The notes: generated by a model not told the origin, from the sequence alone. Shown: positions 9,282 through 20,198, counted from the first letter of the stretch. The stretch is DNA of 64,000 bases from Nitrosopumilaceae archaeon (GCA_965207375.1 OZ242274.1:1696001-1760000), one strand, 5' to 3'. Numbers and translations: made by a program.

Positions 9282-11356
9282 ATGAAGACGTTACACTTTA
9301 CAGTTACCCCCCCCCCGTTAACTATATCATATTCTTGACAGTTGTTGCAAGTGCATCTTTACTATTATTAGGTAACATACAAGCAGTAGAAGCTGCACCT
9401 CATGGGCTAGAGTTTATGGCACCTCATACGCCTGATGCTAACAACAACATTGACATATATCTTACAGAAGGTGAGCAGGGAGTCCGCATTTACTTTAATT
9501 TGGATAGGGCCCCAGACAAGCAAAACCCTGACGGCATATACACACCCCGTATTACTTTTCCACATATAGAAAATGGTGATCTAAACAGAATATCCTGTTA
9601 TGAAGGAATAGGTGAAGGGAATCGTCCATCTGAATATACAGATCCTAGCACAGGCAATCCATACGGCTCACTTCATGAAAACGATCATATTGCTGGATGT
9701 GAGGGAACCAACAAATACCATTATGAGTTTCATGGAGGCAATTGGAACGTACCACAATACCTATACCTAAAAGCAGGTCATGATAATGACGCTGATGATC
9801 ATACGTTAACAGTGACTTTTGAGTCACATCATCCTTTTAACAAAATTGGTCACAGCCAAAAAACAATAACACTCAAAAACGGAATACAGTATGTTATTCC
9901 AGAAGTAAGGGGCGGCCCAGGTAATTACCACTGGTTAACCAATGACTATACAATTACGGTCCACATAACAGATGATGATGCAGCAGATTATGTACAGCCA
10001 ACGCATTCAGCACATTTTCGATTGCTAGATTCTTATACTCCTGCAGTTGAGGGGTTCCCAACTGCTAATAACATACTTGCAGGCGTTGACCCGAATCCGA
10101 CTCCACAGCAGGTAGCAATAAATTATCATGTCAGTCAAATTGGAAATTATGTCGCAGATAATTTTATAGGTACTTTTACGACAAACGTAGGAGAAACCAG
10201 CGTTTTACACCAGATATTGACCAACAAAATCACACCAGGGGATCAGGGCGGCGGTGCTGTCATAATTCGTTTGCTTCCCAGTGATGCATATAGACTAACA
10301 GGAATAACTAGTCTTGTAATACCAATAATCGATAGTGAGCCTGGTGTTCCCATCCATGATGGTCTTAACGACTTTGATGGTATTATCGGCGGCGGTCTCA
10401 ACAGCGAACTACCACCAACACCACCGGAAATATACGTACCACCGATTAACCATACATCAAATATTGCCCAAGATATACCATACATTGTACCAGAATCTAT
10501 ACCAATACCTACAGCTGACCCAGAACTAATTGAAGATGTAAAGGCTTTAGCAAGTCAAGTACATCACGGTTTTAATCACGTTGATAGATGGAATAGAGTT
10601 TTGGCAGCATTTGGAGTGATACAACATGACAATCCTATGACTGCAGCAGAGGCTCAAGCAAATACAAAGAAATATTCTAGTCCACTATGGGTAAAAATTG
10701 CAAATATCTTACAAGAGCGTGAGGCTGCAATTGAACAGCAACAGCAACAGCAGCAAAATGCAACACAGAATATACCACAGGTGGAACCAATACCAGTACC
10801 TATACCAACACCCACAGTAGATCCGGACCTGATTGAAGATGTAAAGTATCTTGCAAGTCAAACCCATCACGGTCACCAACACGTTGACAGATGGAATAGG
10901 GTGCTAGCAACATTTGGAGTGATACAACATGACAATCCTATGACTGCAGCAGAGGCTCAAGCAAATACAAAGAAATATTCTAGTCCACTTTGGCCACAAA
11001 TTGCCAAAGTTTTGAAGCAATTAGAGGCAATACCAGTACCACAACAGCAGGTACAGCCAATCAATCAAACATCAGCTGTTGCTCAAGATACACCACAGGT
11101 TGATCCAGAACCTGAACCAGTACCAACACCTGCAATAGACCCAGAACTAATTGAAGATGTAAAGTACATGGCATCTATGACACATCACGGTCACCAACAC
11201 GTTGACAGATGGAATAAGGTCTTGGCAGGATTTGGATTGATGAATCATGACAATCCTATGACAGCTGCAGAGGCTGAGGCAAATAGCAAGAAATACTCTA
11301 GTCCATTATGGCCTAAAATTGCAGAAGTATTGAAACAATTAGAGAATGCAAATTAA
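9282..11356 (+). CDS. Secreted surface protein with Calx-beta/Ig-like region and three C-terminal ~65-aa repeats; frameshifted at a C10 tract in the signal peptide
   Basis: ATG 9282 frame stops at 9336-9338; main ORF 9335-11356 is one base out of frame; C10 at 9307-9316; repeat DPELIEDVK..HHG..HVDRWNRVLAAFG..DNPMTAAEAQAN.KKYSSPLW x3. Confidence 0.75.
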
Positions 11357-11375
11357 ACATCACACATATAATTGC

Positions 11376-11468
11376 GGTACAAACTCAGGTCGTAAATTTT
11401 TCAGGTATGAAAATTTCAGATATGTTCAAAAACTAGGTATAGAATCAGAGGCGACCTGAGTGGGTACT
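11376..11468. repeat. ~92-bp MITE-like repeat copy 2 (uninterrupted)
   Basis: Imperfect TIRs gtacaaactcaggtcg / cgacctgagtgggtac; no TSD visible. Confidence 0.85.
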
Positions 11469-11512
11469 TCAGTATCGACAGGTTTTTGTATGCGATAGTG
11501 AAAAAATATCTT

Positions 11513-11692
11513 ATGAAGGTAACTTGGGATGAAAAGACATGTATTCATTCAGGAAAATGTGTACAGAGCCTCCCCTCAGTATTTACAAAGCAGAATGAAA
11601 AGTTTGTAATAATACAAGACGGAGCTCCAGAGGAACAGATAAGAGAGACGGTAAAAGCGTGTCCATCAAAGGCATTAAAAATAGAAGAATGA
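11513..11692 (+). CDS. Small divergent 4Fe-4S binding protein (YjdI/Fer4_19-like)
   Basis: MKVTWDEKTCIHSGKCVQSLPSVF...ACPSKAL. Confidence 0.85.
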   Translation: MKVTWDEKTCIHSGKCVQSLPSVFTKQNEKFVIIQDGAPEEQIRETVKACPSKALKIEE

Positions 11693-11970
11693 AAACAATC
11701 TATTCATTTGCCACAACGTAAAGACAATCCTGTATATGTTGATTAGGACAAAGTATCAAAAGAGTAGGACGTCCATACACGACAGTTCACATAAAACACA
11801 TTACGCCAAATAACAAAGTCCTCAATACAGTAAATCCTGCAACATACAAAACACCTTACTGGAATTACACGTGTAAAAATATGACAATGTGCAACAGATT
11901 GAAAAAATCAACAAACTAGATAAAACTATGATACAATGTCTTTTAATCTGCCTACACATATTGTAAGATG

Positions 11971-12045
11971 GCAGTTGTGGTATAGTTGGTAGCATTCTGG
12001 CTTCCCAAGCCTGCGACCCGGGTTCAAATCCCGGCAACTGCACCA
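11971..12045 (+). tRNA. tRNA-Gly(CCC), CCA encoded
   Basis: Acceptor gcagttg/caactgc, anticodon loop ttCCCaa, T-arm ccggg-ttcaaat-cccgg. Confidence 0.95.
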
Positions 12046-12107
12046 TCAGTGTAGAGAACCCGGAACCTTACAAGCAATGTTAATATACTTACGATCAAAA
12101 ATAATAT

Positions 12108-14150
12108 TTGCATTTGAACAACACAACATTGATGTTTACTATTTTACTGACTTTATCTATTGGCATAATTACACCTGCATTTGCAGATACTGCCATGTCT
12201 TCATCTGACTCTTCACCTGCAAAACAGATTGCCATGGGAGTAGAACCTGAAAATGTCGTGTGTTATGATGAACGCGTACTGTTGATCAAAAGCAATGATA
12301 CACCAATATGTGTAAAGCCCACATCCGTTGATAGATTTGTCTCCATGGGTTCAATGATAGTAGAGATGACAGATACAGTAGATGAAATGATGGAGGATAA
12401 TATGATGAAAGAAGAAGAAATGATGGAGGATGAAATGATGAAAGAAGAAGAAATGATGGAGGATGAAATGAATAAAGAGAAAATGACAGATGAGGTAAAG
12501 GCAGAAGAAAGTACGAGAGATGAAGAAACGATGGAGGATAATGAAAACATGAAGGATATGACAGAATCTGGGCCCCCAGTGTCAATGACTGTATTTACCG
12601 ACCGCTTTGCAGCAATGAAAGAGGAGGTAAAGGCAGCCACCGCCTTTGCAATTGACGCATATGATGAGAATGGAGAAGACGCATTAAAGGCAATAACAGA
12701 AGGTGCAAAAACATATGATTCTGAAATGCCATATGTGTTTGTAGTAGACTTTAAAACAATGAATATAGAGGCACATGGAGCCATGCAGGATCAAGTAGGC
12801 GCTATGGCCACCCCACTTGAAAGTGGAGGAAAAACATTTGAGGATATAAAATCAGAACTGGAAGAAAATAAAAGCACTTGGGTAAAATACATGTGGATAA
12901 ATCCAGACACAGGATACAACCAGACCAAAAAATCATATCTTGCATTACATGAAGGTCACATCTTTGGCAGCGGATTTTATCTAAGTGATTTAGAAGCAAA
13001 TATGATGCATGCAATGTGGATTGCTAGCAAGGCAGTGGAGATGTACGAAAATAACGGTACTGATGCATTTACCATGATAAACGAGTCAGCACAACAATAC
13101 ATGGCAGAGGATTTGTATCAATTTGTCGGAGAAATTGAGACCCACAAGATAGTGGCACATGGATCAGATAAAGCCAAAGTTGGCGGCGAATCAATAATAT
13201 TATCAAGCAAGGCCAACAAACCACTTGAACAGATATTAGCAGAATCTAAGATGAACAATGGCACATGGATATCATATGTATTTGTCAACCCTGAAACAGA
13301 ACAGGAGGAAATAAAACTCTCATGGGTTACGGTTCGTGAAAATTACCTATTTGGCGCAGGATTCTATCCTGACCAATATCTTACCAGCAAAATAAACGCA
13401 ATGATGTCCACAGACATGGCACTTGCAATGTATGCAGCAAATGGTACAGATGCCTTTGCAGATATAACTGCACTAGATATCGATGATGAATGGTACCCAT
13501 TTGTATTTGATGCAAAAACTGCACTAGAGTTAGCAGATGGCTCTATACTGAACAGGACAGGACAGACAATATGGAACCAATATGAGCTTAATGCTGCAAT
13601 AGGTGGCGTAAAAGACACACTTGATGCAGGACAGGGAGCATTTATCACATATGTATTTTTGAATCCAGAAACCGGAGAGCAGCAGGCCAAAAAATCATGG
13701 ATAGTCAAACATGACGGATACATATTTGGTGCAGGATTATACCTGACAGGCGAATGGGCATCCAAGGCTGAGGCAAAATGGTCAGTAAACACAACAATTG
13801 AAATGTACAAGGACGTAGGAGACGACATAATAAAGACAATAAACGCAATGAATAGCAATTATACCTCATATCCATTTATGCTAGATTCTGACCTTGTAGT
13901 GGTGGCAAATGGCGCAGATCAAAAGTTTGTAGGCCAAGATTTGTTTGAGCTAATTACACCAGACAAGAGTAAAGAGCAGATAAAAAATGAGCTTGCCAGT
14001 AAAAAGGCAAAGTCATGGATAAGCTACACCTTTGAGCACCCAGAGACAGGTGAGGATGCACAAAAAAGATCACTGCTCAAAATGCATGAAAAGTACGTAT
14101 TTGGAGCAGGGTACTATTCCCAAGATGACGATTCAATGAAGACAAAGTAA
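12108..14150 (+). CDS. Secreted protein with thaumarchaeal SP..Q/CVKP domain, Met/Glu-rich linker and four tandem Cache-like domains
   Basis: Signal peptide; four repeats with Y(P/V/Q)F, (W/F)..Y.(F/W)..P.TG...K.S and FG(A/S)G(F/L/Y)Y motifs. Confidence 0.75.
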   Translation: MHLNNTTLMFTILLTLSIGIITPAFADTAMSSSDSSPAKQIAMGVEPENVVCYDERVLLIKSNDTPICVKPTSVDRFVSMGSMIVEMTDTVDEMMEDNMMKEEEMMEDEMMKEEEMMEDEMNKEKMTDEVKAEESTRDEETMEDNENMKDMTESGPPVSMTVFTDRFAAMKEEVKAATAFAIDAYDENGEDALKAITEGAKTYDSEMPYVFVVDFKTMNIEAHGAMQDQVGAMATPLESGGKTFEDIKSELEENKSTWVKYMWINPDTGYNQTKKSYLALHEGHIFGSGFYLSDLEANMMHAMWIASKAVEMYENNGTDAFTMINESAQQYMAEDLYQFVGEIETHKIVAHGSDKAKVGGESIILSSKANKPLEQILAESKMNNGTWISYVFVNPETEQEEIKLSWVTVRENYLFGAGFYPDQYLTSKINAMMSTDMALAMYAANGTDAFADITALDIDDEWYPFVFDAKTALELADGSILNRTGQTIWNQYELNAAIGGVKDTLDAGQGAFITYVFLNPETGEQQAKKSWIVKHDGYIFGAGLYLTGEWASKAEAKWSVNTTIEMYKDVGDDIIKTINAMNSNYTSYPFMLDSDLVVVANGADQKFVGQDLFELITPDKSKEQIKNELASKKAKSWISYTFEHPETGEDAQKRSLLKMHEKYVFGAGYYSQDDDSMKTK

Positions 14151-14217
14151 TTCAAGACTTACATTTTCCACACATCATACAGGCAATAGTCATAAGGGAA
14201 GGATTTCACATAACACC

Positions 14218-14667
14218 ATGGAGATTTCAAGACTGCAAAACAATGTAGAGCGATGGCTGGTTCATGAAAGCTACAAATTTTCTAATCTCAAAAACGATGC
14301 AAATCATTTTACAATTGCAATAAAACAGACAGGTTCTACCATGGACGGAGTAGAAATTTTCTGCCCAAGACAGCAAAATACAGTACTAGTAATTGGTGCC
14401 AGCATATTTTTGAAAAACAATCAGAATTCAAGATACCTAAAACTAAACGATACACAAAAGAAAAACTTTGAAAAAAGAATAGAGGATTACTGTTATTCTA
14501 TAAAGGCAATTGGCAATATACAACACACAGATGGAAAGCTAGCAGTTGGCGCATACATTGTACTAGATGATGAGAGCTCATTTAATCAACACGACTTTGC
14601 AGATGCACTAGACCAGGTCTCAGAGATGGGCGACAAGATAGACCGATTTTTGTTAAAGACGTTTTAA
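14218..14667 (+). CDS. DUF2299-like conserved thaumarchaeal protein
   Basis: SRLQNNVERWLVHE N-terminus recalled from this family. Confidence 0.6.
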   Translation: MEISRLQNNVERWLVHESYKFSNLKNDANHFTIAIKQTGSTMDGVEIFCPRQQNTVLVIGASIFLKNNQNSRYLKLNDTQKKNFEKRIEDYCYSIKAIGNIQHTDGKLAVGAYIVLDDESSFNQHDFADALDQVSEMGDKIDRFLLKTF

Positions 14668-14713
14668 GGTCATTTTTTGCAAGTCTCCCTTTTTGAAGGG
14701 TATCGTTTGAAAA

Positions 14714-15406
14714 CTAGCTAGTAACATATGGCTTTAATTTGGCAACAATTTTTTGCACATCCTTGTCATTTAACACATCAGCTCGGCCCCTGAGAAATTC
14801 GTTTATGTTGTGCAGATTAGCTGCAAAAACTAGGCGATACCTTGGATCATACTTTATGTTTCCCCTAATTGACAATACGACACTTGTAACTCTTGGAGTC
14901 TTTTGCCATGATTTTAGGACGTGCCAAAGTAGTCTACCTGCCCTACCTGCCTGCTCGTGTGGGCTGAAATAATTTTGCTGACGCACATAGCTGTCACTCC
15001 AGTTTTTTATCTCAATTGCATATACTCCTTTTTTACAAACCACTACAACGTCTATCTGTGCCGATTTTAGATTCTTTTTTCCACCATAGGAGATAAAGTA
15101 TGGCAGCATGATTCTTACCCCACACAATACATGATACTCGTCACTAAGATTGGATAATTTCTCAATTACGCTGTTTTCACCTTGGGCTCCTGCATGAAAT
15201 GGGGAATTTCTGTTTTTTTCAAACTTTTTGTATTGTCTTTTTAGTCTCCATTTTTGAAATTTTGCAACAAATCCTTTGGTTTCTGTCTTTAGTTTTTCTT
15301 GTATATCTATTTCGAGGCCATCAATATCTTGTATTTCTTTTACCGCCTTTGGATACAGATCAACTAGTTGCTTTTCGCTGTCGGCTCTGCCATAAATGAT
15401 TGCCAC
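14714..15406 (-). CDS. NERD domain nuclease
   Basis: GAQGE...QIDVVVVCKKGVYAIEIKNWS...SPHEQA. Confidence 0.85.
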   Translation of the reverse strand: MAIIYGRADSEKQLVDLYPKAVKEIQDIDGLEIDIQEKLKTETKGFVAKFQKWRLKRQYKKFEKNRNSPFHAGAQGENSVIEKLSNLSDEYHVLCGVRIMLPYFISYGGKKNLKSAQIDVVVVCKKGVYAIEIKNWSDSYVRQQNYFSPHEQAGRAGRLLWHVLKSWQKTPRVTSVVLSIRGNIKYDPRYRLVFAANLHNINEFLRGRADVLNDKDVQKIVAKLKPYVTS

Positions 15407-15490
15407 AAATCAGATACAGTTCTGCTACAAATTAAGAATTTGTTGCACCTCATCACAGCAAACCTCTTTAACAATACGGCAGTATGTTAG

Positions 15491-17149
15491 TTGCTGAGTC
15501 TATTAGATAACTTTCCATCCAATATTCAAGTAAGAGACACTCAAAAAGAAATTCTAAATCAAATACAGGAAAAATTAAAGTCAGGATATCAGAAAATTTT
15601 ACTCTCAGCACCTACCGGTATCGGCAAGTCTGCTGTTGCCATGACCTTGGCAAAAAGCTTTGAAAAATCTTTTGTAATTACAGCATCAAAGCATCTTCAG
15701 GACCAATACTCTGAGGATTTTGAGGGACTTGTTCCAGTCAAGGGCAAACCCAATTTTCCGTGTTTTAAATCCATGGAGCAAAAAGGAATCGATCTGCAAG
15801 AATATGAAACAGCCTTTTGGCAAGGGTTGACATGTGAAAAAGGAGAATGCGAGGAGCATACAAGGGAGGGAAAGAAAAGATGTAAGTTCAAGCCGCACAT
15901 ACAAGACTATGAGGAAAAAATATTTGACGATATTATTTGTCCGTATTACGAACAAAAGTATTCTGCACTGCTTGCAAATCATTCAGTATGGAATTATTAC
16001 TCTTATTTTCAGATAATAAAGTATAACCGCAGAGCATATGGAAATTATCTAAATAGAAACATCTCTATTTTTGACGAGGCTCATGCAATTGAGGATAACA
16101 TCACACAGTTTATTGAAATTAAGATTCTAAAAAAGCACGTCAATGAATGCGGTATCAAAATCAAATACTATGATCTCTCAGATGTAGATGTCATAATCGG
16201 GTTGCTAGATGACATGGCAAAGTTTTATGCACACAAAATCAAAGAAATACAAGAGACAACCCATCCAGATTATAACATAATCAGACAATTAGACAGCAGT
16301 TATGAAAAATTTTCTAGGTCAAAGGCTGAGCTTTGCTCCAATCCGGAAAACTTTGTCATAAATGAGCCTGATTTTGAGAATGGCAAGTTCAAATCAGTCA
16401 CATTAAAGCCGCTTGACATTGCACCGTATGCAGATGCGTTTTTTGTTACACCGTTTCAAATTTTCATGTCTGCAACAATAGACCAAGATTCTTTTTGTCA
16501 GAACATGGGATTTTTGCCAGAGGAGACATCCATGATTGATACGCAGTGTTCCCCGTTTCCGTTGAAAAATCGCAAGGTAGAGTTTGTAAATACTGCAAGG
16601 CTGACATACAAAAGTCTGCCATCTGTTGAAAACAGAATATGGCTAAAAATTGACGAGATTTTATCCCTGCACAAAAACCAGAAAGGATTGATTCTTACCT
16701 CATCTATCTTACGATGTCAAAATATTGCAAAAAATCTCTCTTCAAAAAATCGCAACCGCATCAGAATATGTCACGCCAAAAATCCAAATGGAAAGACGCA
16801 AGATGACATCATAAAGGAGCATGCAGATTCTAAAGATGGTGTTTTGCTTTCCTCATCACTTTGGCAGGGCGTGGACCTAAAGGATGATTTGTCAAGATTT
16901 CAGATCATAGCAAAGGCTCCGTATCCAAACTATACTGAAAAGCATGTAGAGGCCAAAATGGAGAGATATCCGTTATGGTACACATCAAAAACAATAGCAA
17001 AGATACTACAGGGGTTTGGCCGTTCTGTAAGGAACAGTCAGGATTGGGCAGTAACCTATGTTTTGGATTCGGCAATAGAGCCTCTGATTTATAATTCAAA
17101 AAATTTGGTTCCCAAATCGTATCATGATATGTTTGGGTGGGATAATTAG
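15491..17149 (+). CDS. DinG/XPD-like SF2 helicase
   Basis: APTGIGKS, Fe-S cysteines, DEAH, MSAT, QGVD and QGFGRSVR motifs. Confidence 0.9.
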   Translation: MLSLLDNFPSNIQVRDTQKEILNQIQEKLKSGYQKILLSAPTGIGKSAVAMTLAKSFEKSFVITASKHLQDQYSEDFEGLVPVKGKPNFPCFKSMEQKGIDLQEYETAFWQGLTCEKGECEEHTREGKKRCKFKPHIQDYEEKIFDDIICPYYEQKYSALLANHSVWNYYSYFQIIKYNRRAYGNYLNRNISIFDEAHAIEDNITQFIEIKILKKHVNECGIKIKYYDLSDVDVIIGLLDDMAKFYAHKIKEIQETTHPDYNIIRQLDSSYEKFSRSKAELCSNPENFVINEPDFENGKFKSVTLKPLDIAPYADAFFVTPFQIFMSATIDQDSFCQNMGFLPEETSMIDTQCSPFPLKNRKVEFVNTARLTYKSLPSVENRIWLKIDEILSLHKNQKGLILTSSILRCQNIAKNLSSKNRNRIRICHAKNPNGKTQDDIIKEHADSKDGVLLSSSLWQGVDLKDDLSRFQIIAKAPYPNYTEKHVEAKMERYPLWYTSKTIAKILQGFGRSVRNSQDWAVTYVLDSAIEPLIYNSKNLVPKSYHDMFGWDN

Positions 17150-17271
17150 TATTTCTGACATTTTGATACTTGTAGGATTTTTGAGACGAGATAAAATGCA
17201 TGTGTGTTTTTGATAAATGTGTCAAAATCATTAGACATGCAGGATAAAACGGTGCCTTGTAATGGAATCGT

Positions 17272-17668
17272 AATGAGAACATGGATAATAATACTCATAG
17301 CAGTAGTTGTTGTAGCCATAGCTGCACCTGCAGTTGCCATGTCTATTGCTGTAATGCCGTTTTTGGGCATCGCAGAAGATATTGACAAGGTCAACTCTAT
17401 AGATGTGCAAGATACAACAGATGATCTTATGGAACATCCTGCTGCAATAGCATACATGCAAAAACATCCAGAATATGACCAAGAGTTTAACAATTTTGGA
17501 GTTGGAGGCACTGAGCTATTACTGATGTCAGAAGGCGGACAGCTTACCTTGTCACAAGATACAGAAGGTAACAATGTCGAGGCAGTGTACATATGCTTTG
17601 GTTCTGACGGATCTTCGGATTCTGTAGAGGGTCCAAATGTGGCACAGAGCATAAACACAATGTGTTAA
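17272..17668 (+). CDS. Hypothetical membrane-anchored protein
   Basis: MRTWIIILIAVVVVAIAAP hydrophobic N-terminus, acidic body; start chosen at the internal ATG. Confidence 0.6.
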
Positions 17669-17726
17669 TTCTCAGTGTACTACATTCTTTTTTTTTGAAT
17701 CAATATCTGAAACTCGTACATTTACG

Positions 17727-17808
17727 GTACTTGTTCACCTTATACCTAATTTTTCAATCCTTACATCACCATCTGGACACAAATTAACTCTATTCCGTGA
17801 ACAAGTAC
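17727..17808. mobile_element. 82-bp IS66-derived MITE
   Basis: TIRs gtacttgttcac/gtgaacaagtac identical to those of IS66 at 53589-55084; 8-bp TSD catttacg at 17719-17726 and 17809-17816. Confidence 0.93.
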
Positions 17809-17844
17809 CATTTACGATTTGATAAAATTATTAAATCAATGAAA

Positions 17845-18300
17845 TTATTGTGCAAGCCAACGTGCAAGTGCCTTGTTTTGGTCTGCAATATCTCCAATGT
17901 CCGTATAGTACCAGTTTTGCCAGTCTTTTTCTGGCAGACCCGTAAAGAGCATCAGATTAAGCGGATATTTTTCGCTGTCTGTGCACCGTCTAAAATCGTC
18001 ACGAAATAAAAATGTCGGCTTGCCCAATGCTATTGCTATTCCAAGCTCTATCATGACACCTTCATCAGGAGGTGTGCCGTTGACTACAGCAAATATACCG
18101 TCTGCATCTTTGACATCTTGCATGTCGGCACGGCCTATCTTGTATGGATTACCCAAAGAATCTGCCTGGTTGTTGCGCTCAAAAGGCTCCCAGACATCTG
18201 CACCCATGTCATCTAGTGCTTTTACCAAATCCTGTAGGGGTCCTGCCTTTTGCTGTGCAGAAAATCCGTAAGGGCTTGCAAGGTATAGTGTTTTTTTCAT
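17845..18300 (-). CDS. Nucleoside 2-deoxyribosyltransferase family protein
   Basis: LYLASPYGFS, ADGIFAVVNG.PPDEGVMIELG and YPLNLML motifs. Confidence 0.9.
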   Translation of the reverse strand: MKKTLYLASPYGFSAQQKAGPLQDLVKALDDMGADVWEPFERNNQADSLGNPYKIGRADMQDVKDADGIFAVVNGTPPDEGVMIELGIAIALGKPTFLFRDDFRRCTDSEKYPLNLMLFTGLPEKDWQNWYYTDIGDIADQNKALARWLAQ

Positions 18301-18536
18301 GTTGTATATCGTATGTTGGGGTATAATATCATTTAATCAAGAGTTCAGTAGCGCAACGCCAATAAAATCAAGCAGGTATCTGATTGATTTGTAAAGTAAA
18401 GATGTAAATTCTAGGTTTTTGCTTACACCTGATTTGCTCATTATGGATAATTTCCAAGATATAATTAAAAAATGGAAAAGAAGCTAGGCATGGCGTTACT
18501 ATAAAATTTATCTTGACATCAAGGTACTAGAAATTC

Positions 18537-20195
18537 ATGAGTGGAACAAACTCAGATCTCATACCAGTAAGAATGTTGACGCAATTTGCATATTGTAGCC
18601 GACTAGCATACATGGAATGGGTTCAGGGAGAATTTGAATATAATGCTAGTGTAGTGGAAGGGAAATATCAACATAGAAATGTAGACACATCGTCAGGAAA
18701 CAAAAAAATAGAATCACGAAAAGAGGATGAAATAATTCATGCAAGATCTGTTACGATTTCAGATAATAAATTAGGAATGATAGCAAAGACAGATCTGTTA
18801 GAAATACAAGGAAAAAGTGTAACTCCGATAGAGTACAAACATGGCAACGTACCAGATACTCCAGAAAAAACATACAAGGATCATAGAGTGCAGTTGTGCG
18901 CCCAGGCATTACTGCTTCGTGCAAATGGATACCTGTGTACACAGGGAATAGTATACTACATATCGTCCAAACAACGCATCAAAATTGAATTTGATGATCG
19001 TTTAGTAGCAGAGACATTACAAATGATTTATGACATGAAGAAGATGGCACTAGAATCTAAAATACCACCTCCCCTTGTAGATAGTCCAAAATGTCCAGGA
19101 TGTTCGTTGGTAGGAATATGTCTTCCAGATGAGACAAATGTTCTAACAGACGTGATTCAGATCAAAAACGATAACATACGAAGAATGTATCCAATACGAA
19201 ATGATTCTTGGCCCGTACATGTACAAGAACAAGGTGCGTATGTATCATTATTAGGGGATTCAATCAACATAAAATCAAGAAATTCAGAATCAGTAAAGGT
19301 CAGACTTCTTGATGTCTCAGAGCTAAGTGTTTATGGAAATGTCCAGATATCAACACAGGCAATACGAAAGATGTGTGAAAGAGATATTCCGATATCCTAT
19401 CACACGTATGGGGGATGGTTTGTAGGAATGATATCAGGAGCAGTTCATAAAAACATTGAATTACGAATAAACCAGCATAAAAAACACGTCAAAAAGACAG
19501 CATCACTTGCAATAGCTAGGCAATTTGTACACGGTAAAATAAAAAATAGTATTACCATGTTACGTCGAAATCACACAAATCCAGATGAGGTCATAATAAA
19601 TCTTGAACAACTAGCAGAACAAACAAAAACTGTTAAAAAATATGACGTACTTTTAGGAATAGAGGGCCTTGCAGCAAGACATTATTTTTCAGAATTCAAT
19701 GGCATGATAAAGGAAAATCGCGAAACATTTCACTTTACAGACAGAAATAGAAGGCCACCAAAAGATCCAATAAACGCAATGTTGTCTTTTTTGTATGCCA
19801 TGCTAGTTAGACAGGCAGTAGTTACGGTAAGCCAAGTTGGTTTTGATCCATATTTGGGCTTTCTTCACATGCCAAAATATGGAAAACCATCCTTAGCACT
19901 TGACATAATAGAGGAGTTTAGGCCAGTGGTTGCAGATTCAGTTTGTATAACACTCATCAACAACGGCATGATCACACCAAAAGATATGATACAGACAGAG
20001 TTTGGAGTAAATCTAACATCTGATGGACGCCGTAAGGTCATCAAATCATACGAGCATCGCATGGATTCTACCATAAAACATGCTATTTTAGGATACACGG
20101 TAAGCTATAGAAGAGTCATGGAAACACAGGCAAGACTATTAGCAAGACACATATCTGATGAAATTCCAATATATCCAATATTTAGGACGCGATAA
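18537..20195 (+). CDS. cas1: CRISPR-associated Cas4-Cas1 fusion
   Basis: N-terminal Cas4 (YCSRL, IEYKHG, QLCAQ, CPGCSLVGIC) fused to Cas1 (LGIEGLAARHYF, RRPPKDPINAMLSFLY, LALDIIEEFR). Confidence 0.97.
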   Translation: MSGTNSDLIPVRMLTQFAYCSRLAYMEWVQGEFEYNASVVEGKYQHRNVDTSSGNKKIESRKEDEIIHARSVTISDNKLGMIAKTDLLEIQGKSVTPIEYKHGNVPDTPEKTYKDHRVQLCAQALLLRANGYLCTQGIVYYISSKQRIKIEFDDRLVAETLQMIYDMKKMALESKIPPPLVDSPKCPGCSLVGICLPDETNVLTDVIQIKNDNIRRMYPIRNDSWPVHVQEQGAYVSLLGDSINIKSRNSESVKVRLLDVSELSVYGNVQISTQAIRKMCERDIPISYHTYGGWFVGMISGAVHKNIELRINQHKKHVKKTASLAIARQFVHGKIKNSITMLRRNHTNPDEVIINLEQLAEQTKTVKKYDVLLGIEGLAARHYFSEFNGMIKENRETFHFTDRNRRPPKDPINAMLSFLYAMLVRQAVVTVSQVGFDPYLGFLHMPKYGKPSLALDIIEEFRPVVADSVCITLINNGMITPKDMIQTEFGVNLTSDGRRKVIKSYEHRMDSTIKHAILGYTVSYRRVMETQARLLARHISDEIPIYPIFRTR

Positions 20196-20198
20196 ATT

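Noticed and set aside
10514-11356. Diversity-generating retroelement TR/VR pair
   Set aside because: No reverse transcriptase in the window; repeats are in-frame domain duplications without evident adenine-specific differences
2837-12045. Integrated virus or island at tRNA-Pro or tRNA-Gly
   Set aside because: No integrase and no duplicated tRNA 3' end (att site) seen
11822-12046. 74-aa ORF MVQLPGFEPGSQAWEA
   Set aside because: Antisense shadow of tRNA-Gly
15491-17149. DinG helicase as type IV CasDinG
   Set aside because: No csf genes; the locus is fully explained as type I-G and the helicase is separated from it by other genes
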